DNA of 64,000 nucleotides from Hypanus sabinus (lineage: Eukaryota): positions 19,964,001-20,028,000 of the forward strand of contig NC_082722.1 of assembly GCF_030144855.1 (NCBI RefSeq). The letters run 5' to 3'. The translations under genes and the position numbers were made by a program. Below are positions 39,911 to 52,400 of the stretch, piece by piece (the first letter of the stretch is position 1; the number at the start of each line of letters is the position of its first letter). The notes beneath the pieces were generated by a model. The model was not told the DNA's origin, searched no databases, and saw only the letters and a program-made list of their open reading frames with translations.

Positions 39911-40685
39911 CTGTGGAAATAATTCAATATCGACTCTTTGTCAATTGTCCAGCAAAAAGGCGAAGCGATGCATTTTAGGATACAATTGTAATGTATTTAA
40001 TATTTTCATTTTCAGATAACAGCCATTTAAAACACTTTGTACTAAAAGAGACAAAAGAGCAATCACTATTTCTTTGTTCTTCACTGAAGTTTCGTTGCCA
40101 TGTTTTACATTATTTTATAAGGTATTATTTTACACGGAAACTAAGGTGCTTTCGGGCTGCTTACGGAGGACGAGGAGGAGGTTTGATCCCTGCACATGTA
40201 GAACCCAGGCCCGCCGCTGTGTGTACACGCCCTGGTACTCATGAACCAGATTCCTACCTATGGATAAATACCTCCATTGCCTTGCGGGCAACCTCGAAGA
40301 GACGAAAGCCACGGGAGTAAACCCAGACAGCAAATCCGGAGTGGAGGCTGAATGCGGCTGGAAGTTACTGGACATCCTTCCGATACCTCTTGCAGCCAAG
40401 CTGTTGCCAAATGTATTACTTCATTAGATCTCCTTCGGAGTACACTTGTGAGGCCCACCGGGGCATTGTGACGAATGGAAATCTTAGGATCTCCATAATT
40501 TCCGTCTGGCTTGTGATGATGATGATCATCAGCCATTGTCCTTCGAGACAAACAGATGACCACCACCAACCCCATAAGGTCAAAGTTAGACACATGCGTT
40601 TGTATAGTTTAAGACAATATTTCTTAATTATTAAAAAAAACACGCTGATTTTGAATCTTCCCCGTCCCCAATCAGTTGGGTTTAC

Positions 40686-40789
40686 TTTTGCATAGACTAA
40701 ATGTCCGTCCTGGTGTCTGATCTGGTGAATTCCTTTGTTTTCTCTCACGTTGAGTGTAGGCTATGTTAAAATGGCGCTGGTCCAGCTTG
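40686..40789 (-). pseudogene. Receptor copy C, cytoplasmic exon 2, frameshifted
   Basis: Ends LNVRENKGIHQIRHQDGHLVYAK|gtaaac (copy A: LNLRENTGFRKDRQQKERII*SQ|gtaaag); 104 bp vs 114 bp; acceptor taa; TAA in the 5' part. Confidence 0.78.
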
Positions 40790-41149
40790 TTACGCAAAGG
40801 GTAGTTAACACTGTTAGTGGCGAGTCTAATGCAATTCCAATTCCATAGAGAGAAAATGAGTGTGAAACCGTAAACATGAATGAGTAAAAATGCGGCATAA
40901 TAACATTATAACACCAGTAAGTGATATTGCGATATATGTTATTTTAGAAAAGGGGCCGAGTGTGTTTTCCGTAGTGCTGAAAGTTCCTACGATCTTTTAA
41001 GATTGAGATTGATTTTCAAGCACCATTTAAAAGCTATTCTACGAGTAGGATGAGTTCCTCATCTCTCGTCATCTTTTTCCTTCCGCAGAATTGATCATAA
41101 TAATCCTCTACCAATGAGTTTGTGAAGAGCAAGAGGATAAGACGTAAGG

Positions 41150-42640
41150 AATAGGACCAATCAAATGTGACGGTGCTAAAGTATGTATGAAACCAGAGGG
41201 GAAAGCAGAGTTATTAAATGAGTACTTTGCTTTTGTATTCACTACAGGGAAGTATCCTGGCAATAGAGCAGAATGAAAAGGTTGAACATGTAGATATTAA
41301 GAAAGAAGATGTACAGGAGCTTTTGTAAACATCAACTTGGTTTAGTCACCCGGACTGGACCAGCTGTAATCCAGGATACTGTGGGAGGCGAGAGAGGCAT
41401 AATGTGATTAGAAATAGTCAGCATGGCTTTGTCAAAGGATGGTTGTGCCTTACGAGCCTGATTGATTTTTTTTGAGGATGTGGCTAAACACATTGATGAA
41501 GGTGGAGTAGTAGATGTATTTTTTATGGATTTCAGCAAGGAATTTGACAAGGTAACCCATGCAAGACTTATTGAGAAAGTGAGGAGGCATGGGACCCAAG
41601 TGGATCTATGTGGATCCAGAACTGGCTTTTCCAGAGAAGGCAAAGAGTGGTTGAGGACGGATCATATTCTGCAAAGAGATCGTGACCAGTGGTGTGCCTT
41701 AGGGAACTGCTTTGGGACACCTACTCTTCCTGATTGTTTATAAATGACATAAATGAGGAATGGAAGGCATAGATTAGTAAATTTGTTGATGATACAAATG
41801 TCGGAGGTGTTTTGGATAGTGTGGAGGGATGTTAGAGTTCAGAGTATTGACAGGATGCGAAACTGGGCTGAGGAGTTGCAGATGGAATTCAACCCTGGTA
41901 AGTGTGAGTTGGTTCATTTTGGTAGGTCAAATATGATGACAAAATAGAGTATTAATTGTAAGACTCTCGGCGGTGTGGAGGATCAGAGGGATTTTTGTGT
42001 ACGAGTCCATAGGACAATCAACGCTGCTGCTCAGGTTGACTCTGTGCTTAAGAAAGCATACTGTGCATTGGCCTTAATTAACCATGGAGATTTTGAGGCT
42101 ATAGAGGACCCTTTTCAGACCGCACTTGGAATACTATGCTCACTTAAGGTCACCTCACTGTGGGAAGCATGTGGAAACCACAGAAAGGGTGCAGAGGAGA
42201 TTTACAAGGATGTTGCCTGGATTCGGGAGCATTCCTTATTAGAATAGATTGAGTGAAATCGGCATTTTTTCTTTAGGGCGACGGAGGATGAGAGTTAACC
42301 TGATGTATAAGATGCTGAGAGGTATGGATTGAGTGGACAGTTAGCGGCTTTTTTCCACAGGCCGAAATGGCTTGCACGAGAGGGCGCAGCTTTAAGGTGG
42401 TTGGAAATAGATACAGAGTAGATGTCAGAGGTTTAACTTTTATGCAGAGTGTGGTGAGTGCGTGGAATGGCTATCAGCGACGGCGGTGGAGGCACATACC
42501 ATAGGGTTTTTAAGATACTCCTGGACAGATACATGGACCTCAGAGAAATAGAGAGCTATGGGTAATCCTGTGTAATTTATTAGATAACGATATGTTCAGC
42601 ACAGCTTTCTGAGCCGAATGGCTTGTAGTGTGCGTTTAGT
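41150..42640 (+). mobile_element. CR1 LINE fragment in copy C intron
   Basis: IFFEDVAKHIDEGGVVDVFFMDFSKEFDKV; ends in the 3' UTR whose reverse complement matches 33010-33100. Confidence 0.85.
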
Positions 42641-42704
42641 TTTCAGTGTTTCTATGTTCTGGATATATCCCTCTCAGAAACAAAAATAAATCTTGTTTCA
42701 CCTC

Positions 42705-42748
42705 TGGCTCTCCGCTCTGATTTGCTTCCTCAGAGGTTGTTTTTATAC
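42705..42748 (-). pseudogene. Receptor copy C, cytoplasmic exon 1 relic
   Basis: 44 bp, GIKTTSEEANQSGEP; acceptor ccg and donor gaggtg are both non-canonical. Confidence 0.68.
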
Positions 42749-43302
42749 CGGATGGATTTGTAAAAATAGAACAGCTTTGAGGCAAGGACAAGGCTGAGGA
42801 CGAACCCACGTGCAGATCACAAGCGCGGAGGGGGACTCGTGAGGCGTTAGCACCGTCGCGAACGAGTAACCGGTATCCAGGAGAGTCTCTGCACGGAGTC
42901 AAGATTTACGTAGAGTATCCAGCAAATGATAAGGAACTTTAACTGAGAGTCCTATGAAATCAGGGAACAAGGTTTACTCACTCTTCGAGTCGACCAACGA
43001 ACTGCCAAAGATGGCTTTAACGCCTGAGATTTATCCAATGTTCGCTAATGATAACCAGGTTGCTTGTAATTAGTTTAACTGGGAATGATTAGAAATCAGA
43101 GGAAGGCATTAAGACCCAAGTAAGTCGGGGGGCGGGGAGCACGGCCGTCGTGAGAGGTCACGCAGGGCTTCTGCTGGCTGGAGGGAAGCCAAGGCTCGCT
43201 GGAACGCAGTGGTGCATGTGTGAATGTGGTTTGGAACTTGTTGTGGGAAAGAGAGTGGGGAAGGAGAGGGAATTGATGGGAGGGGGTTGCTTGGGTCTGG
43301 TA

Positions 43303-44520
43303 ATGGCAGACAAGGCGAGAGGAGGGGCTGAGGGTAAGAGAGTGGAGAAGGAGCAGGATAGGGATTTTGGATCAGATGTAGGCAGCTGGGGAAAAATCGT
43401 TTATTGTGAAGGGAGAAATAAAGGGAATAAGGAGATCGTGAGGGCATGGATGAATGGAAAGCGAGACAAAGAGAATAAAAGAATAAGAAATGACAGTGCA
43501 GAGAGTTCTGAAAGTGAGGAAGATGAACAATTTCAGAGAGGAGATGTTGTCATAATTAGGTTTAATGAGAAGGCGCAAGGACCCATGAAGAAATTTACCC
43601 CGTTTGTGCTAACAACAACTCTGGCAAATAAGATAGAGGAAATCGTATTTGCAAAAGTCCTTAATGACGGCAATCTATTGGTAAGATGTGCGAATGAGGA
43701 ACAACTTGAGAAAGGACTCAAGCTAAAAGAGATAGAAAAATGCAAGGTGGAATATACAGGGAGCACGAAATGGTGGTTGTAAAGGAGTGGTCACGGGTGT
43801 ACCAGTGAGTATAAACATGGAGGAGTTGAAGTGGAATATAAAAGGGGCGAAAGTAATTAATGTTCTAAGACTGAAAACAACAAAGGAGGGAATGAAAAAG
43901 GAAAGTGAAACAGTATTGATTGAATTTGAAGAAGAAAGAGTGCCAAGGAAAGTGTTCCTGGGTTTCATGAGTTACCCATTAAGGGTATATGTGCCAAAGC
44001 CATTGAGGTGCTATAATTGTCAAAGTTTTGGACACATATCTAAAAACTGTAAAAGGCAGAGGAGATGTGCCAGATGTGGGGATGATCATGAATATGGAAA
44101 GTGCGGAACGTGAGTGCAACCAAAATGCTGTAATTGTGGAGGAGCTCAAAATTTGGTGTATAGTGGTTGTGAGGTTATGAGACTGGAGAATAAAATTCAA
44201 GAAATAAGAGTGAAAAGAAAGATCACTTATGCAGAAGCTGTAAGAATGTCAAGAGAACAGAATAATGCTCCTATTGACCAGAGAGCAATAGAGATGCAAG
44301 AGATGCAGCGAAGAGTAAATTACAGGATTTATGAGGAAAAACAGGTCTAGTAACATTCATTGCAGGAGTCTTTAATAGTACTGCCGAGGTAAAGTCAAAA
44401 AGTGACAAAATTCAGCTGGTTGTCAGAGCAGCAGTAAACCATTTAGGGTTAGTAGGACTGACATGGGAAGAAGTGAGGGAGAACCACACTAATCAGTCAA
44501 GCCAGGAAGTGTCATAGGTC
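43303..44520 (+). pseudogene. LINE ORF1, gag-like, frameshifted
   Basis: PLRCYNCQSFGHISKNC, RCARCGDDH and KCCNCGG zinc knuckles spread over several frames. Confidence 0.8.
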
Positions 44521-44534
44521 GGTTAGTACTCATT

Positions 44535-47500
44535 ATGATGATTCTTTTGCAATGGAATGTAAGACATTTACTGGCGAATGGCCAGGATTTTATGGACTTT
44601 ATTAAGGAAATGATTGTAAAATCGGATGTAGTGTGTATTCAGGTAACTTGGTTGAAACCAGCTTTAGACTTTGTGGTACATGGGTACACAATGAGAAGGA
44701 AAGATAGAAATCTAGGGGGTGGAGGAGGTTGTGCTATGTTAATCAAGCAAGGTATACCGTATAGAGTACTGGAAAAAGGAGACGATCAGGAATACATAGT
44801 GGTGGAAATATGGGAGAGAGGGGAGGGAGTGGTTATAATTAACTACTACAATCCATGTAAAAGGTTTGATTTGGACAGCCTACTAAGGATACAAGGACAA
44901 AATAGACATAAAGTAGTGTGGTGTGCAGATTTCAATGCTCACAGCTCAATATGGGGGGATCCGATTACAGATTCAAATGGTTCGGTAATTGAAGATTTGA
45001 TGGAAGAAAGGTATTTGGTATGTATGAATGATGGTAGAGGAACAAGGATAAACATAACAACAGGAACTGAGTCGGTATTAGATAATACGTTCGTGTCTAA
45101 TGTCTTGACTGGCATCAGTAACTGTGGAGTTTGGACTGCTTCAACAGTAGGCAGTGATCACTACCCAGTTTTACGTTCAGTGGGTGAAAGAGTTGAAGTA
45201 AGACCAGGTGGGGGAGTCCCAAAGTGGGTGTTTGGAAAAGCAGATTGGGGTAAGTTCCAGAAGTTAACTGAAGAAGCATTGACAAAGATGGACATTTCTG
45301 GAGATATAGATGAATTAAACAGTCAGGTGACTTCAGCAATTATTATAGCAGCAGAAGGATCTATACCCAGGAGTAAAAATAGGATGATTAGAAAAATAGT
45401 GCAATGGTGGACAGAGGAATGTTGTCAGGATGTGAAAAACAGAAATAGAGTATTCAGGCTAGTTAAAAGAACCCATAATATGCAGTATTTGATTCAATAT
45501 AAGAAGGCACAGGCAGTGGTGAGAAGAACTCTACGTCAAGCTAAAAGGGCAAGTTGGAGGAGTTTTTGCAACAAAATAGAGCATTGCCTGTAGGAGTGGT
45601 ATGGAAATGATTCAGAGGATGGGGGGAGATAGAAGGGATTGGGTTATCCAGTAATGATAACTGAGGAGGAAACAGCAGTCTCCAGCAGGGATAAGGCTGA
45701 GATCATGGCCAAGTCATTTGTATAGATACATAGTTCAGAAAATTTGTCTGAAAAAGGGAGAAGGAGAAGGGAAAGAACAATGAGTCAATACTCAGGTGTG
45801 TTAAACAGGAGGAAAGAAACAGATGATATAATTGATGATCCATTTGCTTTGCCAGATACGGTGAGAGCAATAAAGAGATCGAGGCCAACCTCCCCAGGGA
45901 AAGATCTAATATGCTATGTTATGCTAAAAAATCTAGGAGAAGGACCTCTCTTGAAGTTACTACATTTTTATAACAGAGTGTGGGAGGAGGGAAGATTACC
46001 AAGTGCAGGAAATAAGCAATAGTGATTCCAATAAGGAAACCTGGCAAGGTTCCGTCAAAACCCACTAGCTCCAGGCCAATAGCACTAACATCAAATATAT
46101 GTAAGGTAATGGAAATTATGATAACTTCAATGTTATCATATGATCTTGAGAAGAGAGAAATGCTGGCAAGTTATCAGAGTGGTTTTAGCAAGGGAAGAAA
46201 TTCCATGGACAGTGATAAGGTTAGAGACTGAAATAAGAAAGGCCCAGGAAAATAAAGAATCAGTAGTTGCAGTGTTTTTTGACATTGAAAAAGCCTATGA
46301 TATGATGTGGAAGGAAGGATTATTAATTATACTGCGCACGATTGGGGATGAGGGGAGAGTTTTTAATTGGATTAAAGATTTTTTGTTTGGTAGAAAAAAA
46401 TCAAGTTCGGATTGCATCAGAATTATCAAAATAGTACATAGTGGGAAATGGCATACCTCAAGGTAATGTGATTAGCCCGTTACTTTTCATGATTATGATC
46501 AATGATGTTTTCAGAAAGTTACCAGTGTATATCGGTAGGTCACTGTTTGCGGATGATGGGGCCTTGGGGAAAAGAGGCAGGAACATGGAAAATATAATCA
46601 GGAAACTACAAGGAGCAATTGATGAAGTGGTAGAGTGGGGTTATGATTGGGGATGTAGATTTTCAGTGGTAAAAGCTCAAACTGTATTTTTCACTAGTAA
46701 AAGAATTGAAGTAGGGAAGAAGTTAAGGATGTATGGGATTGAATTAGAAATGGTTGGATTATTTAAATTTCTGGGAGTTATACTTGATTCAGGATAAACC
46801 ATATCAGGAAAGTTGGGGAGAAATGTAACAAAGTAATAAACGTGATGAGATGTTTGATTGGTAGGAAATGGGGATTAGGTTCATCAGCATTAAAGAGAAT
46901 GTGTGCGGCTTTAGTAAGATCTGTGTTGGATTATGGAAGTGTAGCATATGGAACAGCAGGTAGGTCTCTTATATGGAAACTGGATGTGATTCAGGCTCAG
47001 GTTTTGTGATTGTGCAGTGGGGCTTTTAAAACATCACCATTATCAGCCGTGCAGGTAGAAATGGGAGTAATGCCTTTGGAATTATGAAGGATGCAATTGA
47101 TGGCAAACTACTGGGTTAATTTGCAGGGACATAATGATTCTCACCCTGCTAAGGGAGTGTTGCAGGAGTCCTGGGAAAATGGGAGGGTACAGAGTGAAAG
47201 CTTTAGTCGGGTAGGGAATGATATTGCTAGATCATGTGGAATGTTTGATCTAAGGATAAGTCCTTCAGTAGTTTATCCGGTTGTAGCTCCATGGAAGTTG
47301 GTATGGCCTGACGTAGACTGGCATTTGGTAGAAGTATAAAGGAAAGGGAAGTATAAAACTGATTTGGTAAGTGCATTTAACTGTCATGTGATGGAAAAGT
47401 ATAGTGATTATACTCAGGTCTATACAGATGGTGCTAAGGACCCTGAGACAGGAGAGACAGGGTTTGGGGTGGCTATACCAGCAAAATCAATTGCAATCAG

Positions 47501-48240
47501 CAGCAGAACATCTAATAAGTTAGCGGTGTATACAGTGGAGATGATGGCAGTGTTGGTTGCGTTGCGTTGGGTGGAGAAAACTAAACTAGTCAAAGCGTTG
47601 ATATGCTCAGAATCATCTTCAGTACTAGCAAGTTTAAGGTCTTCTTACTCTAACAGCCGGCAAGATGTACTTCATGAAGTCCTTCAGTCAGTCACAAGAG
47701 CTGAAAATCAGGGAGGTCAGGTTAATTGTCTACGGGATCCAGCTCATGTAGGTGTGAAGGGCAATGAAAGAGTGGATGAGTTGGCAAAGAGGGCACTAAA
47801 GAAAGAAAATATAGAAATGCACATTAGTAAAAGTAAAGAAGAGGTTAAGTGTGTAATCTGGGGGAAAAAAAGTAACCAAATGTGGCAAGAAAGATTGGAC
47901 AGGGAGGGGAAATTGAGGCATTTATAGCAAATACAAAGAAGTGTTGCAGGTACTAGGGTAGGAAGTACATACAGAAGAGAGGAAATTGTGTGGACTAGGT
48001 TAAGGCTGGGGCACGGTGCACTAAACCAAACACTGAAATTGATAGGGAAACACCAGACAGGACAGTGTGAGGAATATCCGGAAGAGGAGGCAGTAGAGCA
48101 TGTAGTTCTGAGTTGCAGGAAGTATGGGAAACATAGAGAGATGATGAGAATTAATCTAAGGGAATTGGGGGTGCAGTAATTCACATTAAAATGGTTGCTG
48201 GGCATGGGTGAGAGAACACAGGTCAGGGTAGTTTTAGCTT
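44535..48240 (+). pseudogene. LINE ORF2, APE endonuclease - reverse transcriptase - RNase H, with stops and frameshifts
   Basis: LLQWNVRHL, CADFNAHS, GSDHYP; VFFDIEKAYD, GIPQGNVISPLLF, SLFADDGAL; QVYTDGAK, PAHVGVKGNERVDELAK. Confidence 0.9.
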
Positions 48241-48770
48241 TCTTAAGGGGTATAGGGGTCTTTTATATGATATGATGGATAAACAGAAATAGGGTACGAG
48301 TATAGGGAGGATAAAGGAGGTACGAGGTTAGGGTATGTGTATGTGTGCGATTGGGAGAAGGGATTTAGTATGTGAGTCCATCGCATACTCCGGAGCAGAA
48401 GGTGGCGGTAATGCGCCATTAAGCTGGGTGCCAACCGCCGTAAAACAAGACGGAGAGAGACAGAGAGATGCCCAAGTAAGGATGGGGAATTGCCAGACGG
48501 GACGATGACAACCTTAAATAATAGCGTAATGTAAGAAAAATTGAAGTTCTGCATTGGATTGTAATCATGTTTCTTGCCGAAAATTGAAGTTCCTGACAGC
48601 TATTCAAAATAGTGGGGCGCATATTATGGTCATGTAATATGTTGAGTATGACCTTTCATGAATGTGGTGGATCTAGATTTTCATTGAAAGATTAGAGCGC
48701 GGAGGCACATAAACAGTCATGTTTTATCTCAACGGAACGAAGATATAACAGTGAGAGCATCATTATTTGT

Positions 48771-49113
48771 TGTCATGGTCCCTTCTGGCACCTAGCTATC
48801 TTCCTCAGGGATTGGGCCTTAATTACCTTGTTTAGTTCCCACTCATTCCCAGGTTCCAATAACCACAAACAACTGCTTTCCATCAGCCAATGCCGTATAA
48901 GAATCATGTGACCACAACTAGAAGGTGCCAGTTCGTTGGTCGACTCGTGTACGAGTAACCCTGTTCCATGGTTCCTAGTACTATCAGTTCGAAGTCCAGC
49001 ATCGTTCCTGAATTCTCTACTAAAACCATGATTCCGGGTAAAGACTCCCTTGTCACCAACTCCGCGCCCGTGTTCAGTACTTGGGTTCGTTCCATCGCCA
49101 CGTCCTTGCAACA
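48771..49113 (+). mobile_element. Solo LTR, 343 bp
   Basis: TGTCATGG...TTGCAACA; 5-bp TSD tttgt/cttgt (one mismatch); absent from the paralogous site near 32630. Confidence 0.82.
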
Positions 49114-49354
49114 CTTGTGCAAAATCGCCGCAGGAAATCACAGCCTTAAAACCCCAGGTAACTGAAAATTATAGGTACAAGGGAGGATTGGTTAACTTGA
49201 ATGGGAACGTAAAATTATCCTATTATTTATAATCAGTATTGCCGAATGTGAATCCGATAATACCTTGGAAATCTTGATTCTGTCATTATCATTCGTCGTT
49301 TCAATCTGTAGAGGTAATAAGTTGAAATGCCTGTCAAACCATTCATGTTGTTAC

Positions 49355-49462
49355 CACGTTTTGCCTTAACACCGATCATTATCAAAATTATAATCAGAAT
49401 TACAATTGCCAGTCCGCCCAATGCACATCCATGAATCAGATGTTCATTGCTGTTTTGTAGAT
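49355..49462 (-). pseudogene. Receptor copy C, TM exon (this exon intact; downstream exons disabled)
   Basis: tttaaaccag|AT...CGTG|gtaaca, 108 bp, phase 1-1. DLQNSNEHLIHGCALGGLAIVILIIILIMIGVKAKR. Confidence 0.85.
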
Positions 49463-52400
49463 CTGGTTTAAAAAAAAAAGACGAAACTGTGAAGCATATA
49501 AATATATAGAGACCGTGAGACAAGTAGTAGAGCATCTTAAAGAGTATTTCAGTCCTGAACTTGTAAACATTGCAAGAGACGCAGTATAACACGGGCTTTA
49601 AGGAGATGATCGGACGTATGGAGCAACAGATTATCAAACATAATGGTTCTTTACAGTGAAACACACACAAAATGCAGGAGCAAGTCAGCCGGCCAGGCAG
49701 CATCTGTGGAGAAAAGTACAGTCGACGTTTAAGGCCAGACCCTTCGGCAGGATGGTGCTTCTGGCCTTCAGCGATTTGTGTTTGTGTTGCTTGGAGCTCT
49801 AGCGGATACAGATATTCTCTTGTTTGTGATTTGGTACTTTACGGTGAGTATTTTTTATTTGGAAAAAGAGAGAATTTATTTTTACGACGTCTTTGCAAAT
49901 AGTTTCATAGCAGCTTCGAAATAACCTGCTTTCTGTTTCTGAACTGTCGCTGAACTGTCTCAACAGATTCCATTAGCAAACAAGATAAAATTACTTTTTG
50001 CTTTCATAAAAATCACAAGACGCATTAATAGAACATTACAAAGCGCAATCCGAAACACATATGAGGAGAAGTGATTAGGTACCGTGAAAACCGGAGAGAT
50101 CAACCAGCAAACTAGATTAAGTAATGAAATAAAGACACTTGCAGGGAAAATTCCAGCTTTAAGTGCAGAACTGCGCAGTTTAAAAAGAACAGAATACCGA
50201 ACAATGGATGTACTTAAAAATCCTTTATGAATATTTAAAACAATAGTATGATTTGACTATATATAAGTGACCAAATTCAAAATTATGCTAGATCCTCTCT
50301 TACTTTCCTATACAGTTCAGATGCTTCGATTCTCAACTGGTATGAAATATAATGACATCGGTCTCGGATGTTTCCAATGAATACACATGCCCAATATCAG
50401 GATGTTAAAATTAGAAAGATGTACCAACCTCTCAGTGAAGAAACCGCTGAGTACTAACTCTTATCACGACAAGGAATCTACTTCTGGCCGAAAGAAAGTG
50501 CCACTTAATATTCTCAGCCGGACTCAGATAGATTGTACTCTCAACTCACAGAGCCTTTTGAACAACCTTACTAGATTTGTCCTTTTATCACTCTGATATA
50601 AGCGTGCAAAAGGTAATATTCACATCAATCCTGATCTAATTTGTATAGCTAGATGATGCCTCGAAAGTTGCAAGAGCATCTCGCCTTCAGGTTATTCCCA
50701 TAATGACCGAAGTTACTGCAAAGCAGGAAGACACTGAGACCCTGGTAAAAAGGTCCCCCTTTCAATCTTCTAGATATGAGGTAGCAACTTGCTGATTGAT
50801 CTTTACTTCCCCATTCTTTTTTACTATTGCAGTTTTCAAAAAGCCTGAATCTACAACCCACAGAAACAACAGATCAATTTGACCATCACAAATCTTTAAA
50901 ATGATTATTTGCAACATTAGAATCGCTATGCGTCGGTTGCACAAAGGCTGCTTTGATCTTAGAATTCAGCTGCTCCCTTAAATAGATTGCATTAACCTTC
51001 ATATGAAAGGTCGGAAGTTAAAATGAGAACGAGCATTACTCTGTGTGCAAGAGATGGACATTAGCACGAGATTTCAGTCCGAATGGAAAATCAGAAAAAG
51101 TAAGTTTATTTAAAAAGGGAAACATTGCGATTACAGCCTGCTGCTGATAATCAATGAGATACAGATACACATGTGACCAACTTCTTTCAGACTCGGGCGC
51201 CTCTGCAGCTGCAGCATGATGAACTAACGGTCAATATGATTTACTTCCACAGGTCACAAGTTACGAGATTAACAAGTTGGCCTCTGCCGCTCTGCACCTT
51301 CTCAGTATCAAAATTGCATCTGCATTAAGTCAGAAACAGGAACTTGCAACATACGCTGGTGTACATGTTTTAAGACGTGAAGCTGAAAATCGAAGCAAAT
51401 TTCTGCAACGAGAGCTTTGAGTAAATATAGGTTCAATATGCTGTTAGTCTGATTTAAACGTAGTTGGGTTTAGGAGAGACAATGGTGAGTTTTGCAGTGC
51501 CATTTACACTTTCCTTGAGCCGACCGTTTGGCGGAAATGGCTCAGACCAACGAATAATAGACTGCTTTTAGTGTTGCAAATGCGAACAAAAATGCCAGCT
51601 TATTCATGGAGAAAAGCAAAATTTTGTTTCTCCCATTTACATTGTTTCAAATGTGAACGTTATCGCTGCTCTAATGTTGTCTAAACATCGCCACGTTCTC
51701 TTCGCTTAACATCTCATAATGATGACAACAAAACGACAATTAATTCAAATTTTGAAGTAATTTCATCTCACTTAATTAAAGAGATACATTTTCAAATGTA
51801 TCTAAACCTTCGTTTTATTTCAATATGTTTTAAAACGTACAGTGAAGTCAGCGAAATGTATAAAATATTCATCCTGATTTTTTTCTGCACAAAAATCCAT
51901 GAAAACAGAGGAGTGCCCCAAAGACGAATGGCAGTTGAAGGGTAGAACCCCGAAGAGCCCCAGCTTATCTCTCCCACGCAAAAGCAGTATCAAAGCAACG
52001 AGCCCACCACACCAACAAAAAAGTATCTGCATCCTCCACCGACGCTCAAGCGTGCAGCAAATCATCAATGAGATACAGACTTGCAGTACCTCAAAGTCTA
52101 CTCCACACACGGTTTTCGACATAACACGGCACTCACTCTCCTTAATAAGGGAAAAATGATTGTCCACGTTTCAAAGTGAGAGGGGCGACATAACAAAACT
52201 CCTCGCTGATTCTTGGTGTTAAAAGTCTGATGCCTGGCTTATTCCGAGTTTTGTGCCCAAAGAACCGGGTTCTCTGGGCACAAAACGAGAAGCGCGCTCG
52301 CTGCCTTCGATCTTCCGTGTTCTCCCACAACACATCAGGCGGCGGCACCGGCACAGGCCTCGAATTAGCTCGTCCCAAGAGCCACGGAAATCCATTTATC

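Larger units (their letters stand above)
43125..48470 (+). mobile_element. Near full-length I-clade (Nimb-like) LINE with perfect 10-bp TSD CCCAAGTAAG
   Basis: TSD at 43115-43124 and 48471-48480; GA-rich tail; ORF1 with CCHC knuckles and ORF2 with APE-RT-RNase H. Confidence 0.92.
42778..48510 (-). mobile_element. Solo LTR split by a LINE (LTR parts 42778-43124 and 48481-48510)
   Basis: Minus-strand start TGTCATCGTCCCGTCTGGCA matches TGTCATGGTCCCTTCTGGCA of the 48771 LTR; shared core gagtcgaccaacgaactg; 5-bp TSD agctt (42773-42777) / acctt (48511-48515) with one mismatch; flanks rejoin to match 32880-32900. Confidence 0.8.

Noticed and set aside
40140-40570. Overlapping ORFs of 89-111 aa in a GC-richer patch
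   Set aside because: No domain motifs; the sequence resembles an RTE-related non-coding relic ending in a (GAT)n tail.
50762-50944. Possible minus-strand stalk exon (gggttgtag|ATTCAGGC..., DSGFLKTAIV)
   Set aside because: Runs into a stop, has no clear donor and no counterpart upstream of copy D.
51792-52167. Minus-strand ORFs with GFYP and a hydrophobic stretch (possible C1 or TM exon of copy C)
   Set aside because: No C1 cysteine/tryptophan framework or splice sites; the text looks like an interspersed repeat.
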